This document shows, piece by piece, positions 27,141 to 36,459 of a DNA stretch of 64,000 bases. The stretch is from an uncultured Planctomycetota bacterium (GTDB lineage: Bacteria > Planctomycetota > PLA2 > JAEUHO01). The stretch is taken from positions 64,001 to 128,000 of the forward strand of contig CAVVXN010000004.1 in the NCBI GenBank assembly GCA_963752285.1, given 5' to 3'. The position numbers and the translations under genes are program-made. How positions within the stretch are numbered: position 1 is the first letter of the stretch; each line of letters starts with the position of its first letter. Below the pieces are notes generated by a model. That model did not search any database and was not told the DNA's origin. It worked only from the letters and a program-made list of their open reading frames with translations.

Positions 27141-29114
27141 ATGTCACCCGAGGAGAGGCCCATCGAACCCGGAGCGTCGCTCCCGCTGGACGCCCACGCG
27201 TGGCACGTGGTGGAGGCGGTCGTCGCTTCGGTGACCGACTACGCGGTGTTCGTGCTCGACCCTCAAGGCCACGTGCTCACGTGGAACGCCGGCGCGGAAC
27301 GAATGAAGGGATACACGCGGTCCGAGATCCTCGGGTCCCACTTCTCGCGCTTCTACCCGCCGCCGGAGAAGGCGCGCCGCGTCCCCGACCACGAGCTCGA
27401 GGTCGCAGCCCGCGAGGGCCGGTTCGAGGACGAGGGCTGGCGGCTCCGCAAGGACGGGTCGGCCTTCTGGGCGAGCGTCGTCATCACCGCGATCCGCGAC
27501 GAACGCGGCGCGCTCGCGGGGTACCTGAAGATCACTCGGGACCTCACGGCTCGTCGCGCCCAGGAACAGGCCCTCGCGGAGAGCGAGGAGCGGTTCCGGC
27601 TCCTCCTCGAGGGCGTGGCCGACTACGCGATCTACATGATCGACGTGGACGGTCGCGTGATGAGCTGGAACTCCGGGGCGGAGCGCATCAAGGGCTACTC
27701 CGCCCACGAGGTCCTCGGCCGCAACTGGTCGATGTTTCATCCGCCCGAGGCGGTGGAGGCCGGCCAGCCGGAGGACATCGTCGAGCAGGCGCGGGTGGTC
27801 GGGCGGGCTGAGGACGAGGGCTGGCGCATGCGCCGCGACGGCACGCGGTTCTGGGCGAGCTCCATCCTGACGCGACTCCTCGACGGGGGCGGCCGGCTCC
27901 GCGGGTTCGCCGAGGTCACGCGCGATTTGACCGAGCGGCGGCGGGCGAAGGCCCTCGAGGAATCCGGTCGCCGCACGAACGAGTTCCTCGCCATGCTGTC
28001 GCACGAGCTCCGAAACCCGATGGCGCCCATCCGAAACGCCGTGGCGCTGATGGCCGAGCGGGAGGTCTCCGACCCCATGATCGCGTGGGCGTGCGAGGTG
28101 ATCGAGCGACAGACGCAACTCCTCGGCCGGCTCGTGGACGACCTGCTGGACATCAGCCGCGTGACGCTCGGGAAGATCCGGCTGGAACGCGTCGGGCTCG
28201 ACCTCGTCGAGGTCGCGAGGAGCGCGGTGGAGACGGTACGCCCCCTCGTCGAGACGCACCGCCACCGGCTGGAGGTGATCCTGCCCCCCGAACCCCTCTT
28301 CGTGCTCGGGGACGGGACCCGGCTCGTCCAGGCGGTGGTGAACCTGCTCACGAACGCCGCGAAGTACACGCCCGACGGCGGAGAGGTCCGCCTGACGGTG
28401 GCGCAGGAGGGGAGCGACGCGGTGCTGCGCGTGCGGGACACGGGTGTCGGGATGTCCCGCGACCAGATCGCGCGCGCGTTCGACCTCTTCGTGCAGGGGG
28501 ACCGGAGCCTCGACCGGACCGACGGCGGCCTCGGGGTCGGCCTCACGCTGTCGCGCCGACTGGTCGAGATGCATGGTGGCACCCTGCTCGCCTCGAGCGA
28601 CGGGCCCGGCACGGGGACGGAGTTCACGATTTGGCTTCCGCTTGCCGAAGTCGAGGCGTCCACGTCCGGCGCTTCGGCGGCCGGCGCCGGGGCGCCGGCC
28701 GCCGACAGCCCGGCGGGTGGTGGTGCGTGCGCGCTCTCCGGGCGTGTGCTCGTCGTGGACGACAACGAGGACGCCGCCGAGAGCACGGCGATGCTGCTCC
28801 GCATGTGGGGCCTCGAGGTCGAGACCGCGCACGACGGGGTCCAGGGACTCCAGCTCGCCGCGAGCTTCAAACCGCGATACGTGATGCTCGACCTGGGCCT
28901 GCCGCGTATGGACGGCTACGAGGTCGCACGTCGCATTCGGCAGACGCCCGGGCTCGGGGAGAACGTCCTGCTCGTCGCGCTGACGGGCTACGGCCAGCCC
29001 GAGGACCTCGAAGGCACGCGCCGGGCGGGGTTCGACCACCATCTCACGAAGCCGGTGGACCCGGAGCTTCTCCAGCGGCTGCTGCTCGACGCGGGCGGCG
29101 TGCCGACCGCGTGA
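27141..29114 (+). CDS. PAS-PAS hybrid sensor histidine kinase / response regulator
   Basis: Two DYA..D..G....WN.GAER.KGY PAS units with EDEGWR.R.DG..FWA, SHELRNP, GGLGVGL, C-terminal receiver. Confidence 0.93.
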   Translation: MSPEERPIEPGASLPLDAHAWHVVEAVVASVTDYAVFVLDPQGHVLTWNAGAERMKGYTRSEILGSHFSRFYPPPEKARRVPDHELEVAAREGRFEDEGWRLRKDGSAFWASVVITAIRDERGALAGYLKITRDLTARRAQEQALAESEERFRLLLEGVADYAIYMIDVDGRVMSWNSGAERIKGYSAHEVLGRNWSMFHPPEAVEAGQPEDIVEQARVVGRAEDEGWRMRRDGTRFWASSILTRLLDGGGRLRGFAEVTRDLTERRRAKALEESGRRTNEFLAMLSHELRNPMAPIRNAVALMAEREVSDPMIAWACEVIERQTQLLGRLVDDLLDISRVTLGKIRLERVGLDLVEVARSAVETVRPLVETHRHRLEVILPPEPLFVLGDGTRLVQAVVNLLTNAAKYTPDGGEVRLTVAQEGSDAVLRVRDTGVGMSRDQIARAFDLFVQGDRSLDRTDGGLGVGLTLSRRLVEMHGGTLLASSDGPGTGTEFTIWLPLAEVEASTSGASAAGAGAPAADSPAGGGACALSGRVLVVDDNEDAAESTAMLLRMWGLEVETAHDGVQGLQLAASFKPRYVMLDLGLPRMDGYEVARRIRQTPGLGENVLLVALTGYGQPEDLEGTRRAGFDHHLTKPVDPELLQRLLLDAGGVPTA

Positions 29115-29290
29115 CCCGTGCGCCGCGGCGTCGCGGATCCGCCCGCTTCACCCGTCGCGCGACGTGCGGAGCCAGCCCACCCCGAGCGCGAGCAACGCGA
29201 GCGCGAGGGCCAAGGCGCCTGAGAACGCGAGGTACACCAGCGCGTTCGGCCGGATGGCGTCGGGGCTCGGGACCGAGAGGAGGTCGCGAC

Positions 29291-29995
29291 GTGGTGCTCG
29301 TGGGGACGACGATTGGGCCCGGCGCGCTCGAGGGTGCGCCCACGCTCTGGTACGAGGCCGACGTCGCGTCGGCGCCCGCGCTCCTGCTCTTCCTCGACGG
29401 GGAGCTCTACCGCGACCGAGTCGGAGCCGAGGCCAGCGTGGACCGCGCGCGCGCCGATCGAACCCTCGGGGCGCACGCCGACGCGCGGTGCGCGTTCGTC
29501 GCGCACGGGGGGCCCGAGGCGAGGCACGCCGACTTCACGTGTCGCTCCGCGTACAACCGGTTCCTCCTCGAGGAGGTCCTGCCGCGGCTCGGGCGCGCGC
29601 CCAGGACACGGCGGACGGTGCTCGTGGGGCTCAGCCTCTCGGGGCTCGCCGCGGCGTACGCCCATCTCTCGCACCCGGACGCGTTCTCGTGCGCCGTCTC
29701 GCAGTCGCCCTCCGCGTGGTGGGACGATGGATGGTTCGCCCGCCACCTCGTGGACCTCGCCCCGTCGCGCGCGCGCCTCTACCTCTCGGTGGAGAGGCAG
29801 GAGACGGAGCGCGACGTGCGCCATCCGCCGACGGCCCTGCACCAGGCGACGGGCCAGCTCGACTCGGTCACGCACCTCGCCGAGGTGCTCCCGTCCGAGG
29901 GCGCGAGTGTCTCGTTCTCGACGTTCGACGGCGGGCACGACCCGGCGTGCTGGGCTGCACAGCTCCCCGCGGCCCTCGCGTGGGCCGGTGCTTGA
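29291..29995 (+). CDS. Alpha/beta hydrolase (enterochelin esterase-like)
   Basis: LFLDGE, GLSLSG nucleophile motif, SQSPSAWW, FDGGHD; GAGGAGG SD before GTG 29291. Confidence 0.85.
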   Translation: MVLVGTTIGPGALEGAPTLWYEADVASAPALLLFLDGELYRDRVGAEASVDRARADRTLGAHADARCAFVAHGGPEARHADFTCRSAYNRFLLEEVLPRLGRAPRTRRTVLVGLSLSGLAAAYAHLSHPDAFSCAVSQSPSAWWDDGWFARHLVDLAPSRARLYLSVERQETERDVRHPPTALHQATGQLDSVTHLAEVLPSEGASVSFSTFDGGHDPACWAAQLPAALAWAGA

Positions 29996-30003
29996 AACAC
30001 GGT

Positions 30004-30486
30004 TCAGCCGAACCAGCGCTTCCGCATCTCGCGTCCGATTGGAGCCGCGTTCGCGACGTTCGCCGCCGTCATCCCGTCCGCGCCGCGGGGCGCCGACGCG
30101 CCGCCACCCCCCCGCGGCTCGTCGGCCGCGGGGGGAAGGGGCTCGGGTGAGGGCCGCCCGCGGACGAGGGAGATCACCAAGTGTCCGGTGTAGCCGAGCG
30201 CGAGCACGAGGCCGCTCGTCACGAGCACGCAGAGGGTGGGGCGGTACAGGAAGCCGGCGACCGCCGCGATGATCATCGTCGGGAAGTAGCCTGGCCACGT
30301 GCGGCGCCCGGCGAGGAGCCCCGCGAAGATCGCCGGGAGCGGGGAGAGAAGCAGGTCCGACCCTGCGCGCTCGCGCGGAGGCGCCTCGCGCGGGGGGAGA
30401 GAGGGCGCGCCCGGGGTCCGCGCCGGCGGTGCCCTCGGGGCCGGTCCGCGGCGCGGCGTGAACCTCCGTGCCGGCGCCGGTGCCAC
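30004..30486 (-). CDS. Hypothetical membrane protein (start uncertain, may be 5'-truncated)
   Basis: Three hydrophobic segments between ~30180 and 30360; upstream part low-complexity. Confidence 0.4.
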   Translation of the reverse strand: MAPAPARRFTPRRGPAPRAPPARTPGAPSLPPREAPPRERAGSDLLLSPLPAIFAGLLAGRRTWPGYFPTMIIAAVAGFLYRPTLCVLVTSGLVLALGYTGHLVISLVRGRPSPEPLPPAADEPRGGGGASAPRGADGMTAANVANAAPIGREMRKRWFG

Positions 30487-30505
30487 GGTGGGTGACGGAG
30501 GGTCG

Positions 30506-31324
30506 ATGCCGACGGATCCGGAGCTCCTCTACCGGCTCGCCCCGCGGGACGAGTCCGCCTTCGACGCGCTCGTCGCGCGTCACGCCGGGGCGGCCCGGCG
30601 ACGCGCGGAGGAGCTGCGCCTCTCGCTCGCGGGGCACGTCGCGCGCGATCCGTCGGTGCTGACGCGCGTCCTGGCGCACGCCCCGGTCTTCGGTCTCGCG
30701 CTCCTGTCGCGGTCCAAGGCCGGGCGGCAGGAGGTCGAGCGTCTGGCCGAGGGACGGGTGGACGCGCCCGACGGGTTCGTCACGAAGGCGGGCCTCGGCC
30801 GTGCGCTCTTGGCCCTCGCCCAGCGGGCCGGCGCGCGCGCGGCGCTGGACGCCGCGGACCGGCTGCTCGCGCCGGGCCTCGAGGTCGCGCGGGGCTCCGG
30901 GGCGTCGATCTCGCCCTTCGCCGACGCGTGGCTCGACGCGCCGGAGGACGAGGGCGAGGCGTCACTCCTGGAACGGATCGAGTCCTCGCGCGCGTTCGAG
31001 GACGACCTACTCGGTCCCCAGCTCCTGGCGGTCCTGAGCGGCGCGCGAGGGACCCCCGGGTGGCTGCTCGGGTTCCTCCGGCCGCCCGTGGACCGGCTCC
31101 TCGCCGCGGGTTCGATGCGCGCGGCCTTGGCCGAGGTCGCGTGGGAGCTCGCCGAGCGCACCTACGAGGCGAAGCGCGCCGCGCTCCCGACGAGCTACGG
31201 AGTGCGGTCGCGAGCCGCGCGCTCGAGGCGACCCGGCGTCGTGTTCGCGCAGGCGGCCTCGTCCGGCGAGTCCGACCCGCTCCGGGACCCCTGGACCCGG
31301 CTCTTCGTCGGGCTCCCCGAGTGA
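30506..31324 (+). CDS. Hypothetical protein with ECF sigma-like N-terminal fragment
   Basis: GGAGGG SD; MPTDPELL...DESAFDALVARH resembles the start of ECF sigma region 2, but the rest is unrelated helical sequence. Confidence 0.55.
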   Translation: MPTDPELLYRLAPRDESAFDALVARHAGAARRRAEELRLSLAGHVARDPSVLTRVLAHAPVFGLALLSRSKAGRQEVERLAEGRVDAPDGFVTKAGLGRALLALAQRAGARAALDAADRLLAPGLEVARGSGASISPFADAWLDAPEDEGEASLLERIESSRAFEDDLLGPQLLAVLSGARGTPGWLLGFLRPPVDRLLAAGSMRAALAEVAWELAERTYEAKRAALPTSYGVRSRAARSRRPGVVFAQAASSGESDPLRDPWTRLFVGLPE

Positions 31325-31341
31325 GCGGTATGGTCCATGCC

Positions 31342-32748
31342 GTGGGAAGGAAGTCGAATCGCCGGCTCGCCGTGATCGTCCTCGCGCTGATCGGCGTGGG
31401 CTTGATCGCCCTGGACCCGTTCGGCCTCCGGTCCGGGCCCGCCGTCCGCGGCGCCGACCCGGCGCGCCAGGCCCGGGCGGGGACCCGGGACCCCTCGCTC
31501 GTCGGGCAGGGCGAGACGGTCGTGCGTCCCGGCCCCGAAACGCCGCACGCGCCCTCGGCTCCCTCCAGAGCCGCCGACCCGACTCCGCACGCGGCCGACG
31601 CGCCGCCGCTCGCGGATCGGCGCAACGCGCCCGGCGCCGACGCGACGACGCCGCCCGACGTGCTCGAAGGGACGCTCTTCGACGGGGACGCGCCGATCGG
31701 CGAGGGGACGGGGCTCCTCTGGCGCGGCCAAAACGCGACCACCGCCGGGAGCATCCCGGTGGGCGACGAGCCCCAAGAGCGCGCGCTCGTCACGCGGGAC
31801 GGGCTCATCCGGTTCGCCGGCCTCGAGGCCGGGCCCTGGTACCTCGGCGTGGACCTCGGCGACGGCGTCCAGCGGCTCGCCTACCTCCAGCGAACGACCG
31901 GGGTGACCGACAACCCGCGGATCCTCCTCGGCCTCGGGCACGCGGCGGTCGCCGGCACGGTGTGGGGCGAGGACGGCGCGCCCGTCGTTGGCGCGGTCGT
32001 CCGGGTCGGTCCCGCCGTCGCGTCCGTCCGCGGCGTGCTCCTCGCCCAGACGAAGACGGACCGCGACGGGGTGTACGAGATCCGCCGGCTCTCCGCGGGC
32101 CCCGCCTGGGTCACCTTCGCGCTGACGGGCGACCTCGACGACGAGACGACGACCCACCACCGCCGCGTCGCGCTGGAGGAGGGACGCGTCACGACGCTCG
32201 ACTTCGGGACGGCCCGAGGTCTCGTGGCGTTCCAGGGGACGGTCCGGTGCGAGGACGGGACCGCCGTGACGGGCGGGGGGCAGATCATCCTCTCGACGAA
32301 GCAGCCGAGCGGGTTCCTGATCGTCCGCTTCGACGCGGAGGGCCACTACGTGCAGCGGGTCGCCGAGGGGGTCTACGACGTGTCGATCTGGCCGCCTGGC
32401 GCCTCCGGCCTCGAGGCCTACCGTCGCGAGACGCCGCTCTCCCTCTCGGGCACGCAGGTGAACGAGGACCTCGTGCTGCCCGGCGCCCGGATCGTCGGAG
32501 CCCTCGACCCCGTGCCCGCCGGTCCGGCCACGACGTACCTCCGGGTCCAGCGGAAGGCCGACGCCGCGGGAGCGGTCCGGCCGGGGTCGGGTCGCTCGGT
32601 GGCCGTGGGCGAGGACGGCCGCTACGCCGTGTTCGGCCTCGCGCCCGGGACGTACGTGGTCGAGACCGGTCCGCGCCGCGCCGAGCCCGCGAACGTCGAG
32701 ATCGTGGAGGGGCAGGCGGAGGCGCGGGTGGACCTCCGACTCGAATAG
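31342..32748 (+). CDS. Membrane-anchored carboxypeptidase-regulatory-like (beta-sandwich) domain protein
   Basis: N-terminal TM, Pro-rich linker, repeated G.V..EDG.PV.GA.V / TD.DG.Y....L..G.Y units; start 31321, 31330 or 31342. Confidence 0.8.
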   Translation: MGRKSNRRLAVIVLALIGVGLIALDPFGLRSGPAVRGADPARQARAGTRDPSLVGQGETVVRPGPETPHAPSAPSRAADPTPHAADAPPLADRRNAPGADATTPPDVLEGTLFDGDAPIGEGTGLLWRGQNATTAGSIPVGDEPQERALVTRDGLIRFAGLEAGPWYLGVDLGDGVQRLAYLQRTTGVTDNPRILLGLGHAAVAGTVWGEDGAPVVGAVVRVGPAVASVRGVLLAQTKTDRDGVYEIRRLSAGPAWVTFALTGDLDDETTTHHRRVALEEGRVTTLDFGTARGLVAFQGTVRCEDGTAVTGGGQIILSTKQPSGFLIVRFDAEGHYVQRVAEGVYDVSIWPPGASGLEAYRRETPLSLSGTQVNEDLVLPGARIVGALDPVPAGPATTYLRVQRKADAAGAVRPGSGRSVAVGEDGRYAVFGLAPGTYVVETGPRRAEPANVEIVEGQAEARVDLRLE

Positions 32749-32861
32749 GCGCCGCGCGGTCCACGATAGGCTCGGTGGTCGCCCCGGAGAAGCGCCATGG
32801 CTCGTGCGGCGTCTCCAGGGAGCGCGGGGCCGGCACGTCCGGTAGGAGATAGAGTCGCGGG

Positions 32862-34598
32862 GTGAGCTCGACGGGAGGGCGGATGCGGCGTCGGCGGGCC
32901 TGGGGACGGCCTCTCTTCCTCGTCCTCGGCGTCGGCGTGGCCCTCGCATCGACGAGCGGGCGGACGGCGTGCGCCGAGGACTCCGTGGACGCGGCCTACC
33001 GGGCGCTGCTCGACGCCTGGAAGCAGAAGCGATACGGCGAGGTCGCCCGGGACGCGCACCGCTTCCTCGAAGCGCATCCCGACTTCCGGTACGCGGCCGC
33101 CGTCGAGTACCTGGGGGGGAACGCGGCCCTCGAGGTCCAGTCGTGGGAGGTCGCCGAGCGGTTCTACCGCCGGCTGGTCCGGGAACATCCCGACGACAAG
33201 AGGGCCGGCGAGGCGCGGAACGAGCTCGTGACGGTCTTCGATCGCACGGGCCGGTACGAGGCGTGCCTCGCGCAGTGTCGGGAGAACCTGGCTCTCTACC
33301 CAGGCTCGCCACGCACGCGGCGCTGGCGGTTCGAGGCGGGCCGGTCGCTGTTCCGGCTCTGGCGATTCGACGAGGCGAAGCGTGAGATCGAGGCGCTCCT
33401 CGCGGAGCATCCCGGTAGACCCTGGGAAGAGCGGGCCCGAGCGCTCCTCGACCGCATCGAGCCCGTGCTCGACGCCGACGACAGCGGGGCCGTGGGCGGG
33501 TACGACGGCAAGTACGTGGAAGACGTGCGGTTCCAGAGAGAGGCCGCGCGCCTGCCCGATCTCGTGGACGAGGCCTGGAAGCGACTCGACGTGGCGCTCG
33601 GGCTCCGGCCGGGCGTTCGACCTCGCGTGCTCTTCACCTTCGAGGACGCGCGTCCAGGCGCGGGCGGCGGGGTCGAGGGACGAACCGACACCGTGGCGAT
33701 CGAGGGCAAGCCGGCGGTGCGGATCCACCTCGTCACGGAGTACGTGGTGCTCTCGCCCGAGGACTACGAGACCCGTGTGTGCCACGAGATGACGCATGCC
33801 GCGCTGCGGGCCGCGATGGGACGCTCGTACGACGCCCTGCCCGCCTGGGTGCGCGAAGGACTCGCGGTCTACGCCGCCGGGCAGATGGACGACCGCGTCG
33901 CGGCGATCGTGAGCAACCAGGTCTTCACGGGGAAGCCCCTCGCCGGACTCGTGAACGGCCTGGAGACGCGGCGGCACGACTTCGTCGACTACCTGGAGGA
34001 CGTCCTCGCGTTCGACTGGCTGGAGGGCCGAAGGCGGGGCGCCGTCCGCGACTTCACCGCGCGGCTGCTCGGCGGCGAGGACCACCAGGCGGCGTTCTCG
34101 GCCGCGTCGGACCTGCCCTTCGACGAGGCGGTGCGTGCGGCGGAACAGCACGCCCGCGAACGGGTGAACGAGGTGGTTGGAGACGACGGCCGCGCGTACG
34201 AGAGGATCCGCGCCCGCCTGTTCGCCGCCGCGAAGGCGGGGCGCCTCGTGGCCTGGCTCCAGGGCCCCGACGCCGTGTGGCTCCGCTCGTTCGTCGTGGC
34301 CCGGCCGCGCCACGCGCTCGCGCCGAACGCGCGGTACCGCCTCGGTCGCGCCCTCGTGGAGACGGGACACGGCGCCGAGGGGCGGCCCATGCTCCAGCAC
34401 GTCGTGGACGTGGACCTCGCGCGAACCTCGATCGCGGACGACGCGGCCTACTGGATCGCCCGGTCGTACGAGAAGGACGGCGACGCGACGAAGGCGCGCG
34501 AGGCCTGGTCCGTGTTCCTTCGCGATTTCGCGTGGGCGCGCCAGACCAAGGAGGCGCCGCCCGACGTGAAGCCCGCCGGCCCGCTCCGCGCGCCCTGA
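32862..34598 (+). CDS. Secreted TPR + gluzincin (peptidase MA-like) protein
   Basis: Signal peptide, BamD-like TPRs (F...HP, LVREHP), HEMTH plus PAWVREGLA third-ligand motif, C-terminal TPR. Confidence 0.8.
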   Translation: MSSTGGRMRRRRAWGRPLFLVLGVGVALASTSGRTACAEDSVDAAYRALLDAWKQKRYGEVARDAHRFLEAHPDFRYAAAVEYLGGNAALEVQSWEVAERFYRRLVREHPDDKRAGEARNELVTVFDRTGRYEACLAQCRENLALYPGSPRTRRWRFEAGRSLFRLWRFDEAKREIEALLAEHPGRPWEERARALLDRIEPVLDADDSGAVGGYDGKYVEDVRFQREAARLPDLVDEAWKRLDVALGLRPGVRPRVLFTFEDARPGAGGGVEGRTDTVAIEGKPAVRIHLVTEYVVLSPEDYETRVCHEMTHAALRAAMGRSYDALPAWVREGLAVYAAGQMDDRVAAIVSNQVFTGKPLAGLVNGLETRRHDFVDYLEDVLAFDWLEGRRRGAVRDFTARLLGGEDHQAAFSAASDLPFDEAVRAAEQHARERVNEVVGDDGRAYERIRARLFAAAKAGRLVAWLQGPDAVWLRSFVVARPRHALAPNARYRLGRALVETGHGAEGRPMLQHVVDVDLARTSIADDAAYWIARSYEKDGDATKAREAWSVFLRDFAWARQTKEAPPDVKPAGPLRAP

Positions 34599-34773
34599 GG
34601 CCGACCGGGCGGCGAAGCCGGCGCGGTCGCACACCTCGCCTCGGCCTCCCGGGTCCGCGAGAGGGCCGCGCCGAGCGAACCGACGTCTCCCGGACGGCGC
34701 CCGGACCGCCGACACGTCGCCAACGCGTACGCCCCCGGGCGGTACGATGGGCGGGTCGATCCCGGGGGAGGAG

Positions 34774-35763
34774 ATGGACCGCGGCGCCGCGCGCTCGAAT
34801 CGTCGGGGATGGCCGCCCGCCGTGGGGGGCGCTCTCCTGCTGGCGCTCGTAGTCGTCGGCGGCCGGGCGGTCGCGCACCAGGACGCCGTCGAGGCGCCTC
34901 GCGTTCGGGGATGGCGCACGCCGGCCCCCCCCGAGCACGCGGTGGACGTCGTGTTCGTGGGCGACGGATACCAGAAGAAGCATCTGTCGCCGAGCGGGAA
35001 GTACTGGACCGACGTCAATCGCTACGCGAAGCGGTTCCTCGAGGAGCCGCCGATGTCCTGGTACCGCGACTCCATCAACGTGTGGGCGGTGTTCCTGGAG
35101 TCGAAGGACGCCGGCGTGGACGGCGACACGGCGCTCGGGTGTCACTTCATCGACGACCGTCGCGTCGTGTTCCGGAACGAGAAGGCGGTCCGCGCGGCCG
35201 TGTCCCTCGTCCCGAGCGCCGACATCGCCCTCGTCATGGTCAACGTCGAGCGCTCGGGCGGCTGCGGCACCGTCCTCTCGCCCCTCGATCGCGGCGACCC
35301 GTACTTTCCCGCGCCGACCTTCTCCGCGCAGGACACGTCGTCGTTCGACATCGCGCTCCACGAGCTCGGCCACAGCTTCGCGGGGCTGGCCGACGAGTAC
35401 GCCGACTCGACCGTCGCGGACGAGTTCCCGCTACCGAAGGACGGGAAGGATCTCGACTTCCCGAACGTGACCCTGGCGTCCGTCCTCGACGCGACCAGCC
35501 CCGAGACGATCCGCAAGACCGCGAAGTGGGCCCGCTTCCTCGACTGGAAGGGTGCCGACCACTGGACGTGGGCGTACGAGGGGGGGTACTTCCGCGAGCA
35601 CGGGGTGTACCGGCCGTTCCCACGCTGCAAGATGCGGGACCGTGGCGAGCCGTTCTGCCCCCTCTGTTGCGCAACGTTCGCGCAGGCCATCTGCAAGACC
35701 GCCGGCATCGACTTCGACGAGGCGGGGTACGCGCGGAAGCACCCGCTGCAGCTCTGGCGATAG
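34774..35763 (+). CDS. Peptidase M64 (IgA peptidase-like) family protein
   Basis: VFVGDGY, HELGHSFAGLADEY, YEGG, YRP...CKM....FCPLC; GGAGG SD. Confidence 0.88.
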   Translation: MDRGAARSNRRGWPPAVGGALLLALVVVGGRAVAHQDAVEAPRVRGWRTPAPPEHAVDVVFVGDGYQKKHLSPSGKYWTDVNRYAKRFLEEPPMSWYRDSINVWAVFLESKDAGVDGDTALGCHFIDDRRVVFRNEKAVRAAVSLVPSADIALVMVNVERSGGCGTVLSPLDRGDPYFPAPTFSAQDTSSFDIALHELGHSFAGLADEYADSTVADEFPLPKDGKDLDFPNVTLASVLDATSPETIRKTAKWARFLDWKGADHWTWAYEGGYFREHGVYRPFPRCKMRDRGEPFCPLCCATFAQAICKTAGIDFDEAGYARKHPLQLWR

Positions 35764-35859
35764 CGAGACCCCACAAGCGGGGCCGTCCCACGGCCGTGCG
35801 TTCGTGAGGACCCTCGGCAGGCACCGCCCCGGAACGGGCGGCGGACCGTTCGCCGGGCG

Positions 35860-36307
35860 CGACCGTCGCGCCGCTGCGACGACTGCCGGCCCGAGCGGAC
35901 GGCGGCGAGCTGGTACTGGGGATGGGGCTATCGCGGGATGGGGGGCGTCGTCACCACCGCTACGGATCTCCTCCGATGGGACCGCGCGGCGCATCGCGGG
36001 CGAGCTCGACCGGGCCGCGGCGGCACACGAGACAGACGTTGGGCCCGGGAGCGGCGCGGAGGGCGCAGCCGCCTTCCAAGGCGGCCTGTACCTGCTCGCG
36101 TACGGCGCCGACACGCGCCTCCACCTCTCGGTCCCCGTCCAGGCCGAGTCCCGCGGCATCGACGAGAAGTGCCTGGCGCTCGAGGACCCCCGCACGCTCC
36201 TCCTCCTCGAAGACGGACCACGAGGCATGTGGCCGATGCTGGTCAAGATGAACGTCCCCGCTGCCCGCGGACTGGCCGAGGCCTTCGGGAAGTCGTCCGC
36301 GCGCTGA
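35860..36307 (+). pseudogene. Serine hydrolase (beta-lactamase family) remnant fused out of frame to a C-terminal fragment
   Basis: WYWGWGYRGMGGVVTTATDLLRWDRA at 35911-35988 with no N-terminus or SxxK; protein-like sequence continues in another frame to stop 36307. Confidence 0.55.
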
Positions 36308-36459
36308 CGCAGGACGGGCGAGGCGGGGCTTGGCCGCCGCGCGCTCGGGCATCCGCCCCGTCCGCCCCGGCGCCACCGGCTCGCGGCCGATGCGGTGACC
36401 CGCACGCAGCGTGCGGGACCGGCCCCCCGCCGCCGCGGCGGCGCTCACCGCCGCGCGCC

